Assembly: GCF_016433145.1 (NCBI RefSeq)
Contig: NC_058132.1
Span: forward strand, 87,738,799 to 87,802,798
Length of the DNA: 64,000 nt
Source of the DNA: Gracilinanus agilis
Taxonomy: Eukaryota
Reading direction: 5' to 3'
Positions 25,011-36,716 of this stretch are shown piece by piece (positions within the stretch are counted from its first letter, which is position 1; every line of letters starts with the position of its first letter). A program made the position numbers and the translations under genes. The notes under the pieces were generated by a model that saw only the letters and a list, made by a program, of their open reading frames with translations, was not told where the DNA came from and ran no database searches.

Positions 25011-27154
25011 CTTACAGTGATTTTTGTGTGCAAAGGACTATGCAAAATGCAGAGGACACAAATATTTTTAAAGATGAATCCATCTTTCCCTCAGCATGCT
25101 GAAATTCTGTTCTTTGGGTTCCATGCTTTTTTGGTTTGGAAGCTGATCCAGAATATCTTACCTTCAGGCTAGGGCTTTTGCCTTTCTAAGGTTTACAAAC
25201 TTTCCTGATCCCTGAACTGCCTCCTACTTCCCTTGGAGTAATTCCTTCTCTTATGTTCCTAAAGTGAAAATCTCATCATTGACCCAAGACAACTCAAACT
25301 GTTTTAAAAATGTATTCATGGGAGCACACTGGATTAAGTTCATTCATTCATTTGTTCATTGATTCTCAACTGCCCTTCAGCCAATCAGGAAGTCTGAATG
25401 GGTAGAAGGTTTTGGTTGTCCTTCCCATATTAAATGCCCTCCTTAATAACACCTTATGGTTTGTAAAGCTCCATATGTAAATGTTATCTCATTTGAGCAT
25501 CATAACAATCCTGGTAAATAGGTACTATTATTATAGTGTCCATGTTATAGTTGAGGAAACTCAGGCAGACCAGATAATTGACTTGTCAAGGGTTACACAG
25601 TTTGTGTCTGAGACCAGGTTTGAACTTAAGTCTTCCAGATTCCAGGTCTAGTGATCTATCCACTAGGCTACCTAGCTGCTATATTATCAAGTAACCACTT
25701 AGATAACCAAATTCTTCTCCCACTCCAACCAAATTTTTCCTTTCCCTTCCAACCAGTTTTTCCATCTAAAAAGCACAAATTATTCCAGCTGCCAGAAATG
25801 TTGGCCCCAAGCTTCACAGATATTCAGCAGAAGTCCACTCAAGAGACCAATCTAAAAGTTCTTCTGATATGGAAATGGGCCTCAGGTCCTATATTCAGGT
25901 TGATGATGTATTATTAGGGCCTGTAATCACCACAGTCTTACCAAAGGCCCACCTTCTAGAGAGAAGAGGGTAGAAATCTGGGAGAAAGGAAATCTGCCAA
26001 GAAGTACCACCCTAGAGAAGCAAAAGATATAGCAGACATGGGTAAGGCTGATTCTCTAGAAGAGTCATGAGCTAAAAACTGAGACAGACTGGAAAATGAA
26101 GGCTCTCTCTTTTTATGCTTCAAGAGACACCAAAATCTGTCATTACTGTTAGGCTTTAAACACTTACACTATTTTTATATTTATTATTTAAAGTTCCCAT
26201 GGTTACCAGCAGTAAAATTCCTTAGAAACTCTAACAAAGGCTTTTTACAGTAACTTTGGAGCAGGGGAGGCAGATTTAAAGAAATTCCTACCAGTGCAAG
26301 CTGTCCCCAAATGCAAAAAGTTCTAGAAGGAACAAGGGAGTCCCCCTCCATATGCCTAGTTAGCATTTATGGTCTTTGACTGGGAGATTATAGATTGGAT
26401 TCAGATTTCTGGGTGGGGTTGAACTAAGTGACCTGAGGTCCCTTCCCCTTTAGAGATGCTATCAGTTGAAAAACCTGGTCCTTTTATAAAGGATTCCAGA
26501 TAAGGAGGGACCTAGGAGGGTAAAGTAACTTCTAAATAAAGACTTGTTGACTTGAAGTGGGAGGTCCAGTGATCCTAAGAGTTTAAAATGCAGATTGAAA
26601 AAGAAAATAAACTGTAGTCCAGGAAGTAGACCTGGTTCTGCTAAGTTTGAGGGGAGTAAGGGAGAGATTTCATATCATTAAGAGACCTCATGTGAAGGCC
26701 CTCCCAGCCTCCCTAGCCTTTCTGTCCCAGAGTTTCAAGCCTATAAATAAACTGTTCAGGATTAAGTTTCTAGGAGAGTCATTATTCCCTAAAGGTAAGA
26801 GATTGGGAAAGTGAGATATTTCCCTAATCTCAGCACCCTCTTCCCTTGGTTTAGCAGAGAGCACAAGTCCCTTTCTTGGCTATCCTAAATCCAGACTTAG
26901 AGTTCCCACAGATAGTCACCACTCCCCTGCCCCTTCCATTGGTACTTCGATGATGATAGCTAGGTCCTGGCACTGATCCATGGTCCCTGAATGCTATGTG
27001 TAATTGTGGGGGAAGGCGACCTGCCTATACCATCCCAAGGATCTCTGAAGACTTAGGAACCACACATCAGTCACTTGGATATTTCTTTATTGAATGCCGA
27101 ATGGCTTAGGTCCTAGAAAGGGGTTCATGCTATAAAGTGTGGGAGGGGCAAAAA

Positions 27155-27960
27155 TGAATGAAAAAGCATTTATTGGGATCCTACTATGTGTCAGGCACTA
27201 TGTGAAGTGCTGACTGTATAAATAAAGGCAAAAAAATAGTACCTGCTCTCAAGGAACTCACAGCATGCAAACAAGATCTAAAAAGGCTAAATTGGAAATA
27301 ATCAACAGAAAGAAGACATTAACTTTGAGGAGGAGCAGAAAAATTTTGTTGTAAAAGGTGGGATTTTATCAAGGTCTTGAAGGATGCCAGAGTAAGCAGG
27401 AGACAGATAAGAAAGGAGAGAATCTTAGGGATAGGGACAGATAGTGAAAATGCCCCAAGTTGGGGGATGTAGTGTCCTGGTCCAGGAAGGAGAACCGCAT
27501 CAGTGTAACACTGAGTATATGAAGAAGAGTAAAGAGTAAGAAGACCGGAGAAGAAGGAAAAAGTGGGATTATGAAGGCCTTTAGAAATCAAACAGAAGAT
27601 TTTATATTGGATCCTGGAAGTAACAGGGAGCCAGTGGAGTTGATTGAATAGAATAGTAGTATGGTCAAACCTATATTGAAGGCAGAGAGGAGAATGAGCT
27701 GGAGTGGAAATCTGAATCAAGAAATCCAGTGAGAAGAGCAATGCAATTGTCTGGTTGTGAGGGGATGAAGACCTTCCCCAGTATAGTGGCAGCATCCCTA
27801 GGTGAATGCAAAGCTTCTAGGTCAGTGTTCTGCCTGGGGCCCAAGACCACTCTTGCACCAGAGACTTGAAGAGGCACGGTAGAGACTTAACATCACATTG
27901 ATATGTCAGGAGTTCAGGATTGCCAGCATTTTGAAGGGACTCTGGAAAGGTTGGTGAGCT
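27155..27960 (-). mobile_element. L2 LINE 3' portion, antisense
   Basis: Minus ORF 27319-27795 reads FDHTTILFNQLHWLPVTSRIQYKIFCLISKGLHN, the L2/CR1 ORF2 C-terminal motif; L2 tail aagcatttatt...ctactatgtgtcaggcact at about 27163-27200. Confidence 0.8.
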
Positions 27961-28576
27961 TAGAGAGGCCCCATAGGTGATGCCCAGAAAACTTAGTTCA
28001 GACTTGGGGAGAACTGAGGAACTTGGGATTGGGAACTGAGGGCTAGGGCAGGTGGGGAATGAGGGAGCAACAGCCAGACAGGATGCCCAAAGAAAGTCCA
28101 GGCTCTGAAGCAAAGTCTATGTGGAGATGAGGATGAGATATAGACCCTGAAGTAATGCTCCCAGGGACACACACCATATCTTACAAGGCCTGTCCCACCT
28201 CAGGTGGTATAGGCTGGTAACACCCTGTTGTCCCAAAGATTCAGATTGGGTTGCAGTTCCTCTTGTGGGGCCTCATTTTGGTCCTTAATCCCCTGTGAAA
28301 AGACTTGCCCCTAGTAGGGCAGGACTGGAGAAAGGTAGCTCAGGTTCACTTTAATCTGTTTAGCTAGAGGGGCCTGGCTGACCTAAGGGTGGGATTAGAA
28401 TGTTAAGGAAGTTCCCTAATTCCAGGGGCCCCTCCTCCCCCAGTTTCATCACCTGGGCCCTTGCTGTTTGGGGAGGAAGTCTGAGTCTGTCACTCATCCC
28501 ACACCCTTTTTGTCTCCTAGGAACCATCATGACCCCCAGGATTAGTCTCCCCTTCCTTCTCCTCCCCCTAGAACAG

Positions 28577-28583
28577 GATAAAA
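28577..28583 (+). promoter_or_regulatory. TATA-like GATAAAA box about 60 bp upstream of the OLFM5 ATG
   Basis: caggataaaaggc; the spacing fits a proximal promoter. Confidence 0.4.
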
Positions 28584-28642
28584 GGCATTTGCTGCACTCA
28601 CTGGTCCATTACAGCCACTTGGCCCATATTCCTGCAGACCAG

Positions 28643-28708
28643 ATGCACTGCTCCTCAGCTTTCTTCCTAGGGCTGCTGTTGCCCATGGTGCTGTCCAGCC
28701 ATCCCCAG
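28643..28708 (+). CDS. OLFM5: OLFM5 coding exon 1 (signal peptide [22 protein letters not shown])
   Basis: Hydrophobic leader; donor CAG|GTAATA at 28709. Confidence 0.7.
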
Positions 28709-29611
28709 GTAATAAGGAGAAGGGCAGAGTGGATCCAGAGAACAGGGAAAGGAGAGAACTCTAGAATTAAAGGTCCACAGAATGTCAGGGATAGAGGGGG
28801 ACTTCGAGAAGATGTAGAGTAAATGTCAGAGGCAGGATGCAAAGCCAGATCTCTTCTAACTCCCAGAGTTCTATTATTCTTGCTCTACTTAATGGGGAAT
28901 TCCATTGGGAAATGTCTTCTGAGAAAGGACAGAAACTAGGAAGAGAATGAATGGACTATAGGCTGATTTAGAGAAGGCTGCAGGAAAAGAAAATATTTGT
29001 AGGAGTTGAGGTCTTACCTCTGCCCTGTCACAATGGTTCTTTAATTCATTTCAACCTCATAATCACCCTGGAAGGTAAGTGCTATTACTATTCTCATTTT
29101 ATAGTTGAGAAACTGAGGACACAGAGAGGTTAAGTGACTTATCCAAGACTCCTAGAAGAGTGACTAGTCCTGAAGGAAAGGTCATGAATAATCTTCCAAG
29201 GGTCTTCATCCAAATGCTGGTGGGACATAGCCTCAATATACCAGTTCCCCATTCTCAAGCTCTGCCTCAGGTGTCATCTCTGTGTAGAGCCCTAAAAACT
29301 TTCAGTATAGACCCCAACAGCTCTTTCCCTACTTTCTCCTCTCCTCATTATTTTTGTAGTTTTTATTTCCTCCTCTATCACTACTCAGATGAGTGGATAC
29401 ATTCAAATCCACTATTTACAACCCCTCAGAATCCTTCCCAGTCTCCTCCTTAGTCCTTAGTTTATTTATATCCTTCAACATTACTAAGTTTCCATGCCTT
29501 ATCCCTTTCCTTGTCCCTGCCCTGTCACCTTCAGGAAGAAGTAGTATGCTCTGGTGAAAGAGAAAAGAACGTGGAGTCTTTGTGTTGCCAAGGCCTGTAC
29601 AATGCTCATGA

Positions 29612-29652
<41 letters not shown>

Positions 29653-32600
29653 CAACACCTAGCACCTTATGATGTTTATTGATTGAATAAATGAACTGGA
29701 ATCAAGGGACCTGGATTCAAGGGCTGAATACAACTTACCACCTGTGTGACTTTCTAGATCATGGTTCACTCATATATAAAATGAAGGGATTGGTCTAGAT
29801 CAAGGGCATCTTAGCCCTTGCCTAGCCCTTACCACATTTCTTAGAATTTATAGTAAGGTAGAAGGTAAGAATTTTTTAAAAATTATGCTAAGATGTCTGT
29901 AGGATTCCCCAGACTCTCAGAGTTGTCCAAAGTTCCTTCCAGCTCAAAATTCTAGGATCCTAAGAAATAAATGTGTGCTTGTTTATTCTTTGATCTTTCA
30001 GGTTGGAAAGGAGCAGAAACTTTGAAATCTGCTTTTAAAGAAACAGGGGGTTCTACTCAGCCCTCCAAAATGTAGTTTTCAGACAGTTTGCTTCTTCCCC
30101 TTGCAGGTCAAGCCTGAAATGGTCACTCACAATGACACAGCCTACAGTTTGGGTCAGCTCCAGGCAGGATCCAAGGTAGGATTAGGGAGGTCTTTCCTGC
30201 AGGGTGAAGACATCCCCATTGCCAAGTCCTTACTTCCTCTTCCAACTTTGGGTCTTCTATATGTAGATAGATGGATAGTCTGCAGAATAAAGGGCAAACA
30301 CAGTCTATCCTCAGAAGTCCTGCAGTGGATCCTGGAACGCAGGGTCAGACCCACACTGCTCCTAAGCCCTGTCAGTGTTCCATTCCACCCCATTTATTGC
30401 CCTATACCATGCTTCCTAACATCCTTTCTTATCCTATGAAGTCCTTGCCATTTCAGAGAGTGAGCAATGTAGTGGGCTCCATGGATGAACAAGGCAACTG
30501 CCACTGTGTGATCTATCTACCCAACAGCCCCATCCCCCTGCAGCAAATAGAGAAGCTTCAGAATGCTGCAGAAGAGCTTGTGGAGAAGTATGAACTGGAG
30601 CTTTCCAAAGTAAGTATCCTCTAGGAAGAGAGGGAATTCCAGGAAGGAGAGGCTGGAGTCAATTAGTTACTATTTCCCATGGTGCTGATCTGGACTGAAA
30701 GTTAGATCCCTAAAAGTGGGGAGTGACAGAGGATGGGGATGGCATTGTTTATTCCTTACAGGATTCTTGGTCTGGAGGAGACCTGACTCTTAAACCTGGA
30801 GGGAGGAGATAGGATCCTGCCTTTAGGAATATCCCATTCTGATGGGCAATACCAATCTCAAGTTAATTCTGGGGTTTATCTATTAAAACACAAATGTGAG
30901 AGATATGTATTTTAGTTGATACCTTTGGAGAAAGTCCTTGGGGAATGAAATTTTAATGCTGGGAAATTCAGACCTGTGACTAGGGACATGGCCTCTCTGG
31001 TCACACTCTGTTCACCCCTATCTTGAGAATACGGCTTACTGGGGAATCAGGGATTGGCCTTTGGGAAGTTATATCTCATTAGGAAGACAGATGGTTCATT
31101 GGATGAACTAGAAGGGACTTTAGAAGTCCTTTATTGAACTAACTTGAAATATGTGCATAGGTAGCAACTGGCTGATCAGTTTGGTTCTTTTTATCAATAG
31201 GACATATGATTAGGAAAAGAGTTTCAACTACAGGTTATTTGCACCTTATTTTATTGATGATAGGAAAGAAAATAATGAAGGTTCTTGAGACAGAAGGGGC
31301 AAAAAGGATGGATGGATGTTTCTAAAACTAAAATTTTTATGTCCATATTTTTGTATCACCTTATTTTTTCTTTTTATTATTCCTACACTATCAACTAAAT
31401 TTTTCTTTGTATTATTTCTTCCCCTTCCAGATGGATTTATAAAAAAAAAATTTAAGAAGGAGAAATGAAAAACTATTTGGCAAAAACTATCAATTTTTGA
31501 CAGTGGTTTTAGAGGGAAGTAGAAGAGAATAGTCCCATGGTGCCAGGAAAAGAGCAGTTAGAGATTACCTCTGTTCCTCTTCTTGATTCTTTTTTCTTGA
31601 TTTCTTTCTCTTTCTTGAATACCTTCTCCTTTCTTTCTTGTCAGGTGGATGAGCACACTAGAGTCATTGGAGCCCAGGAGAAGACAATGCTAGAGCTCAT
31701 GCAGCACCTGGAAAAGAGGCAACAGGGCACTGGATCAGAATCTGTATCTAGCCATGCCTCCTATTCCTCTATTGATCGCGACTGGGATGCCCTTCGAGGG
31801 GAGCTACTAGGTGCTGAGAAACTCCTGACCCAACTCAAGACCCAGGGTAGAGTAATGGGAAGCAAGGGCAGCAACATTGATGGAATCCTCCAAAGGGTCA
31901 AGGGACAGGTAAGGCAAGCCCTATCCTCAACAGCCTCCTCAGCCCCTATTGTCTCTGCTAGGTACATTATCAAACGTTTACTTTCCCTCAGTTTACATAC
32001 TCTCTTATCATTATATACTCCACATTCTTGATGTGACCCACATGTCATACACACTGATATAACTCTTTACACCATGCCTCCCATGACATATTTACTACAT
32101 TATAGACTCACATATTACACTTCTCCTAAAACCCCTTCAGCATCTTCAAATTATATACTCCGGACCACCCAATTCCATATGACACCCATCTGGGTATAGT
32201 GAAAAAAAAAATAATGGATATGGAGTGAGGGCATCTGAGTTTCCATCCCAGTTCCATGCTTAGTACCAGTATGAGCTTAGGCAAGCCATTTCATTTCTTC
32301 ATACCTCAGTTTCTTTACCTGTTAAATGAAGAATTTGGGCTCTATGATACCTAAAGCACCTTCTAGCTTCCAGTCCTATGATTCCATGACTCCTTGTGAC
32401 TCCTCACCTCCACAGATCATAAACAGGACCAAATTATTATACGAATCATCCTATATTACATTTCCTAGTATCATACACTCCATGTGTCCCCCCCATTGCC
32501 CTACTCTCACATTATCTTTCTTATCCAATCCCTACAATATCACACCCTCAATTTTATTCCCCTTAACTCTTATCTATATCATAGCATCATTATGTAACTC

Positions 32601-35600
32601 CACCTGGCCCTGCTGTGTCATGTCCTCTCATAGATTTGTAAGAAAGAGGATGTCTAGAATTTCTTAATCTCCCAGTTACCTACAGAAAGAGGAAGCCACC
32701 TAACCAGACAGAAATCCATTTCCCCAGACAGAGTAGATCAAGAGCAGAATCAGGAAACAGTAAATGGACAAGCCAGATTGGGGCAGTCTAGGTGGCAGGT
32801 AGACAGAGTCTACATCCTCTCTTCAGTCTTCAATGGTAGCACAGAAAAATGGTGCCCAACCTAGCCTGAGGCAGTCAAGGTGTTAATCTTTTCCCCACCA
32901 AGCCCATAACTACCTCTCCCCATCCTAGAGGGTTCAATTAAACCGTTAGTGTAAGCCAACCTAAGGCAGAGAGAAGAGAAGGCTCAATCATAGTCACTAC
33001 TCTCTGCCCTAATTAGCTCACAGTCTAGTTAGGGAAATCTGACATATTGGGTCAGGCAGTGAATAATATGGAACAGATTGTTAGGTATTATAGTAGAAAG
33101 GAAGAAGTCTAAGAGTAGTAAAGGGAAAAGAGAATTGATTTGACTGGGATGTGGCCTGAATGCCATTCATGTACTGTGTAACCGTGGTAAAGTACCCAGA
33201 CCTCCCTGGGCATCTTTAGTTTTTCTCTTTCTGTAAACCCGAGAAGTTCATCTGTCCAATTTTTATAACATCTGAGAACTTTAGAGATGGAACTGTTGGA
33301 ACTTTAAGATCATCTAGTTCTTCCCTCTAATTAAATGCCTGAAGGAACTGAGGTACAGAGTTTGGAATATAATCTGCCTAGGTTCACACATGTAAGTATT
33401 AGGACTCAGTACTAACTGTAGTATTATTTAATGCTAGTAAATGTTAGAATTTGAGTTCAACCTTGGCTCATCTTATCCCAATTTCAGGGCTTTCCCCCTT
33501 TATACCAGAGTCTCTTTTTACCTGGATGGAGAACTGGAAAAACAAAGGAAGTTTCCTTGGCACTAACTCTCTTTTCTCTCCTATCCAGGTGCAAAACGCC
33601 AGCATCATACTAAGGCATCTGGCCAGCTCTCAGCAAGACAATTTGCGGGTCACTCGCCAGGAGGTGAGTGCCTTGGAAAGCCAATTGAGTGACTGTGAGA
33701 AGCATCGAAGCCCTGGCCACCAGACCCAGAATCTTCCTCCTGGTGAGTGTCCCACCATATCTATATCTGGCCCAGCCTCGAAGATTAGAAACTTATTCTT
33801 TCCTCTTACAAATCTTTCCACCTCACAGGAAGGATGCCCTTGAGTGAAACATAAGCTGAACATTTAAATAACATGTTTTAAAATTCTACATGATGTGCTA
33901 CTGAGAGGCAGATAACATAGACTCATTTGTTTATATTTTTGTTCATTCGTTCATTCACTCATTCATGTATTCATTTGTTACTAGATGTGTGATTTTAATG
34001 ATGTATCAAACAATATAATGGAGAGTACAGTTTTCCATTTACTCAACAACTTATAGTCTTAGAGAGTAGAGCTGGAGTACTAAGAAGCCGTGACTAGCCC
34101 AAGGTTACTCAGCCACTATAGGTCAAAGAAACATGAGCTCGTGTTTCTCTGATTTCCAGATCACCTCTCTAAAGTGGCACTATATGCTATATGAATGCGT
34201 AAATTCATAGTCATTATCAGCTCAACACACACATATACAAGTATATATTTCTGCATGTTTTCTTAAATAAATAAATTAAATTTATAAGGGAGTAGGGGAA
34301 GGGAATAAACATTGATTAATTATCTGCTATTTATTAGGAACTATGATAAGTACTTTACAAATATCTCAATCTGGGAGTATTCAATACACAGAAGTTAAGG
34401 GTTTAAAAAAATTAAAAATAAAATAAAAAATAAAAATATTATCTCATTTGATCCTCATAAAAACCCTATTAGATATGCAACATTATTATTTCCCCCCTTT
34501 TTATGGTTGAGGAAATTGAGGTAGGCCAACATTAATTGAATTTCACAAGGCTATACAGTTAGTAATTGTCTGAGGCTAGATTTGAACTTGGGTCTTCCTA
34601 CCCAAGGCCCAGTTCTATATCCACTGTTCTCTATCCACGTAGCTTCCAGGTAGATGGAAGTTCAGAAGTCGGCATATTTTATTATATTGACACATACCAA
34701 CATCACACAGTCAACTAGTATTTATTCAGTCAGCTAACATCTATTAAGTGCCTGTGATATGTCAGGCACTCTGCTGTACTGGGGATCAATATTAGCTGCT
34801 GCCAACATACATACTGAAACAACTATACATTCACATTAGTACCAGCACAAAGGCTCATATACACACATGCTGTTGCACACTTATTCTCACATTAACATAG
34901 TGAACACAATGGTTCTCTAAGAGAAAATAGAAGTGACTCACTTTGCTTGCTTTCATGTTAAACAAAGTGCTTCTCTTACAAAAACCTTGAGTTCTGCAGT
35001 TCAGATATTATTTATATTATCTCCATTTTGCAGGTGAAGAACCTGAGGCTCAGTGGTTAAATGAGTGGCCAGTCATGAAGCTTCTAAGTGTCAGAGCTGG
35101 TATTCTAAGGCAGGGCTCTCAGACTTTACATCTAGTATACATTCATTTTGCCTCATCGCCTTAGTCCTACCTACCTTGCAGGAAAAATGATTCTGTAAAT
35201 CATAAAGTTTCCACATCATGTAAAGATATTGATGGTTACAAATTCAAACACTCTAAGGACTCCCCTCCCAATACCCCTGAGTCTATTGGTTGTACAGTGG
35301 AAAACTTTGTTCCAACTCTCTGAGAAATAGCCCCAATCCCCACCCCTCCTCAGATTTTCCCCCAAGACCTTGGGGAAGGTAGACATGTAGAACTGGTTCT
35401 CTGCTCAGTCTGTACCACCTTTGGGGACCCCATAATGCTCTCTATTTTTCTTAGGCTCCTGTGCTCATGGCATCCTGCTCAGCGTCAGTCATCCCCTTGT
35501 AGTTCAGCTCAATTGGCGTGGCTTCAACTACAAGGCTGGTGCCTGGGGTCGAGATACTGGACTCAACCCTACCTCTTCTCTCTACTGGGTGGCCCCACTC

Positions 35601-36716
35601 CGTTCTGATGGCAGGTAAGCCATTTGGAAGCTGCCACATTTTGCCACTCAACCCTATCCTCTCCCTTGCCTCAGTACTCTCCGGCACCCTCTCCGCTGTC
35701 CTCTTCTCCTTTTCTCCTTCATCCACCTCCTCTCTCTGTCTCTCTGTCTCTCTTTCTGTCTCTATCTGTCTCTGTCTCTCTCACCTCCTCTTTCTTTCTA
35801 TCACTCCCTCTCTTCCTCCTCCTTCTCCTCTTCTTTATCTCTCTCTGGGGAAGAGAGGTCTGCATATGCTAGAGTGGTCAGTCAAAAAAAGGCTTCTTGG
35901 AGTTGATGGACCTCCAACTCTGTCTCGAAGAATAGAGAGGATTCAGTAGTTCAGGGAAGGGAAGTCTATCCAGAACCAGACAAATCAGTATTTGTACCCA
36001 AATAATAACATTTTCTACTTTGCGTTGGTCCAAGGTACTTTGACTACTACCGGTTGCACAAGTCCTATGATGACCTATTACTGTTCAAAGACTATGAGGA
36101 ATGGAAGATGGGCTATGGGGATGGGAGTGGCAACACTGTCTACAAGAACTTCATGTATTTCAACTACTATGGCACTGGCGACATGGCCAAGGTAGACCTG
36201 GCCACCAACACCCTGGTGCTTCGCAGGTCCCTTCCTGGAGCCACCTACAACAATCGCTTCTCCTATGCTGGAGTGCCCTGGAAGGACATGGACTTTGCCG
36301 GGGATGAGAAGGGGCTGTGGGTAGTATACTCCACAGAGGAGAACAAGGGTAACCTGGTGCTGAGCCGGCTCAATGCCAGCACACTAGCTGTGGAGAAGAC
36401 CTGGCGGACAGGGCAGTATAAGCCAGTTGTATCAGGGACCTTCATGGCTTGTGGGGTCCTCTATGCTTTGCGTTCCCTGAGCACTCGCCAGGAGGAGATA
36501 TTCTATGCCTTTGACACTAACACTGGCAAGGAGTACCACCTCAGCATCCTGTTGGACAAGATGCTTGAGACACTGCAGAGCATCAATTATAGCCCCTTAG
36601 ACCGGAAACTTTATGTCTATAATGATGGTTATCTTGTCATGCATGACCTTGTTTTCCAGTGGCCTCGGCCACCTGCCAAAGGTGCAAAGGCAGGGCCCAA
36701 GTCAGGAAAGGCTTAG
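28643..36716 (+). CDS. OLFM5: Olfactomedin-5 (OLFM4 paralogue), 515 aa; join(28643-28708,30107-30175,30457-30609,31645-31908,33589-33742,35455-35614,36035-36716)
   Basis: All introns GT-AG with matching phases (0,0,0,0,1,2); total 1548 nt, open. Signal peptide, GNCHC (OLFM4 GTCQC), coiled coil ending ELSK|[70 protein letters not shown]. Position between the OR52 genes and UBQLNL matches human OLFM5P and mouse Olfm5. Confidence 0.88.
29612..29657. repeat. (AAT)n(AAC)n microsatellite in OLFM5 intron 1 (L2 tail-derived)
   Basis: Seen directly. Confidence 0.95.
30107..30175 (+). CDS. OLFM5: OLFM5 coding exon 2 ([23 protein letters not shown])
   Basis: Acceptor cttcttccccttgcag, donor AAG|GTAGGA, 69 nt, frame-preserving; no homology support, could be skipped. 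Confidence 0.55.
30457..30609 (+). CDS. OLFM5: OLFM5 coding exon 3 (CxC motif, start of coiled coil)
   Basis: [35 protein letters not shown]...ELSK aligns to OLFM4 GSVDDRGTCQCSVSLP...ELSK; donor GTAAGT at 30610. Confidence 0.9.
31645..31908 (+). CDS. OLFM5: OLFM5 coding exon 4 (coiled coil)
   Basis: Acceptor ttctttcttgtcag, donor CAG|GTAAGG; [13 protein letters not shown]...RVKGQ. Confidence 0.85.
33589..33742 (+). CDS. OLFM5: OLFM5 coding exon 5
   Basis: Acceptor ctctcctatccag; VQNASIIL...LSDCEK...LPP-G; phase-1 donor G|GTGAGT at 33743. Confidence 0.85.
35455..35614 (+). CDS. OLFM5: OLFM5 coding exon 6 (start of olfactomedin domain)
   Basis: Acceptor ctatttttcttag; [34 protein letters not shown]...[11 protein letters not shown]; donor AG|GTAAGC. 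Confidence 0.9.
35700..35846. repeat. CT-rich simple repeat inside OLFM5 intron 6
   Basis: ctctctctgtctctctgtctctc... seen directly. Confidence 0.9.
36035..36716 (+). CDS. OLFM5: OLFM5 coding exon 7 (rest of the olfactomedin beta-propeller)
   Basis: Frame of ORF 36054-36716 extended to acceptor ...ggtccaag at 36034; [17 protein letters not shown]...[11 protein letters not shown]. Confidence 0.95.

Noticed and set aside
27319-27795. 158-aa minus-strand ORF as a host gene
   Set aside because: It is the decayed ORF2 C-terminus of an L2 LINE.
35518-35949. 143-aa ORF overlapping OLFM5 exon 6 and intron 6
   Set aside because: Off-frame reading of the exon plus the CT repeat; no homology.
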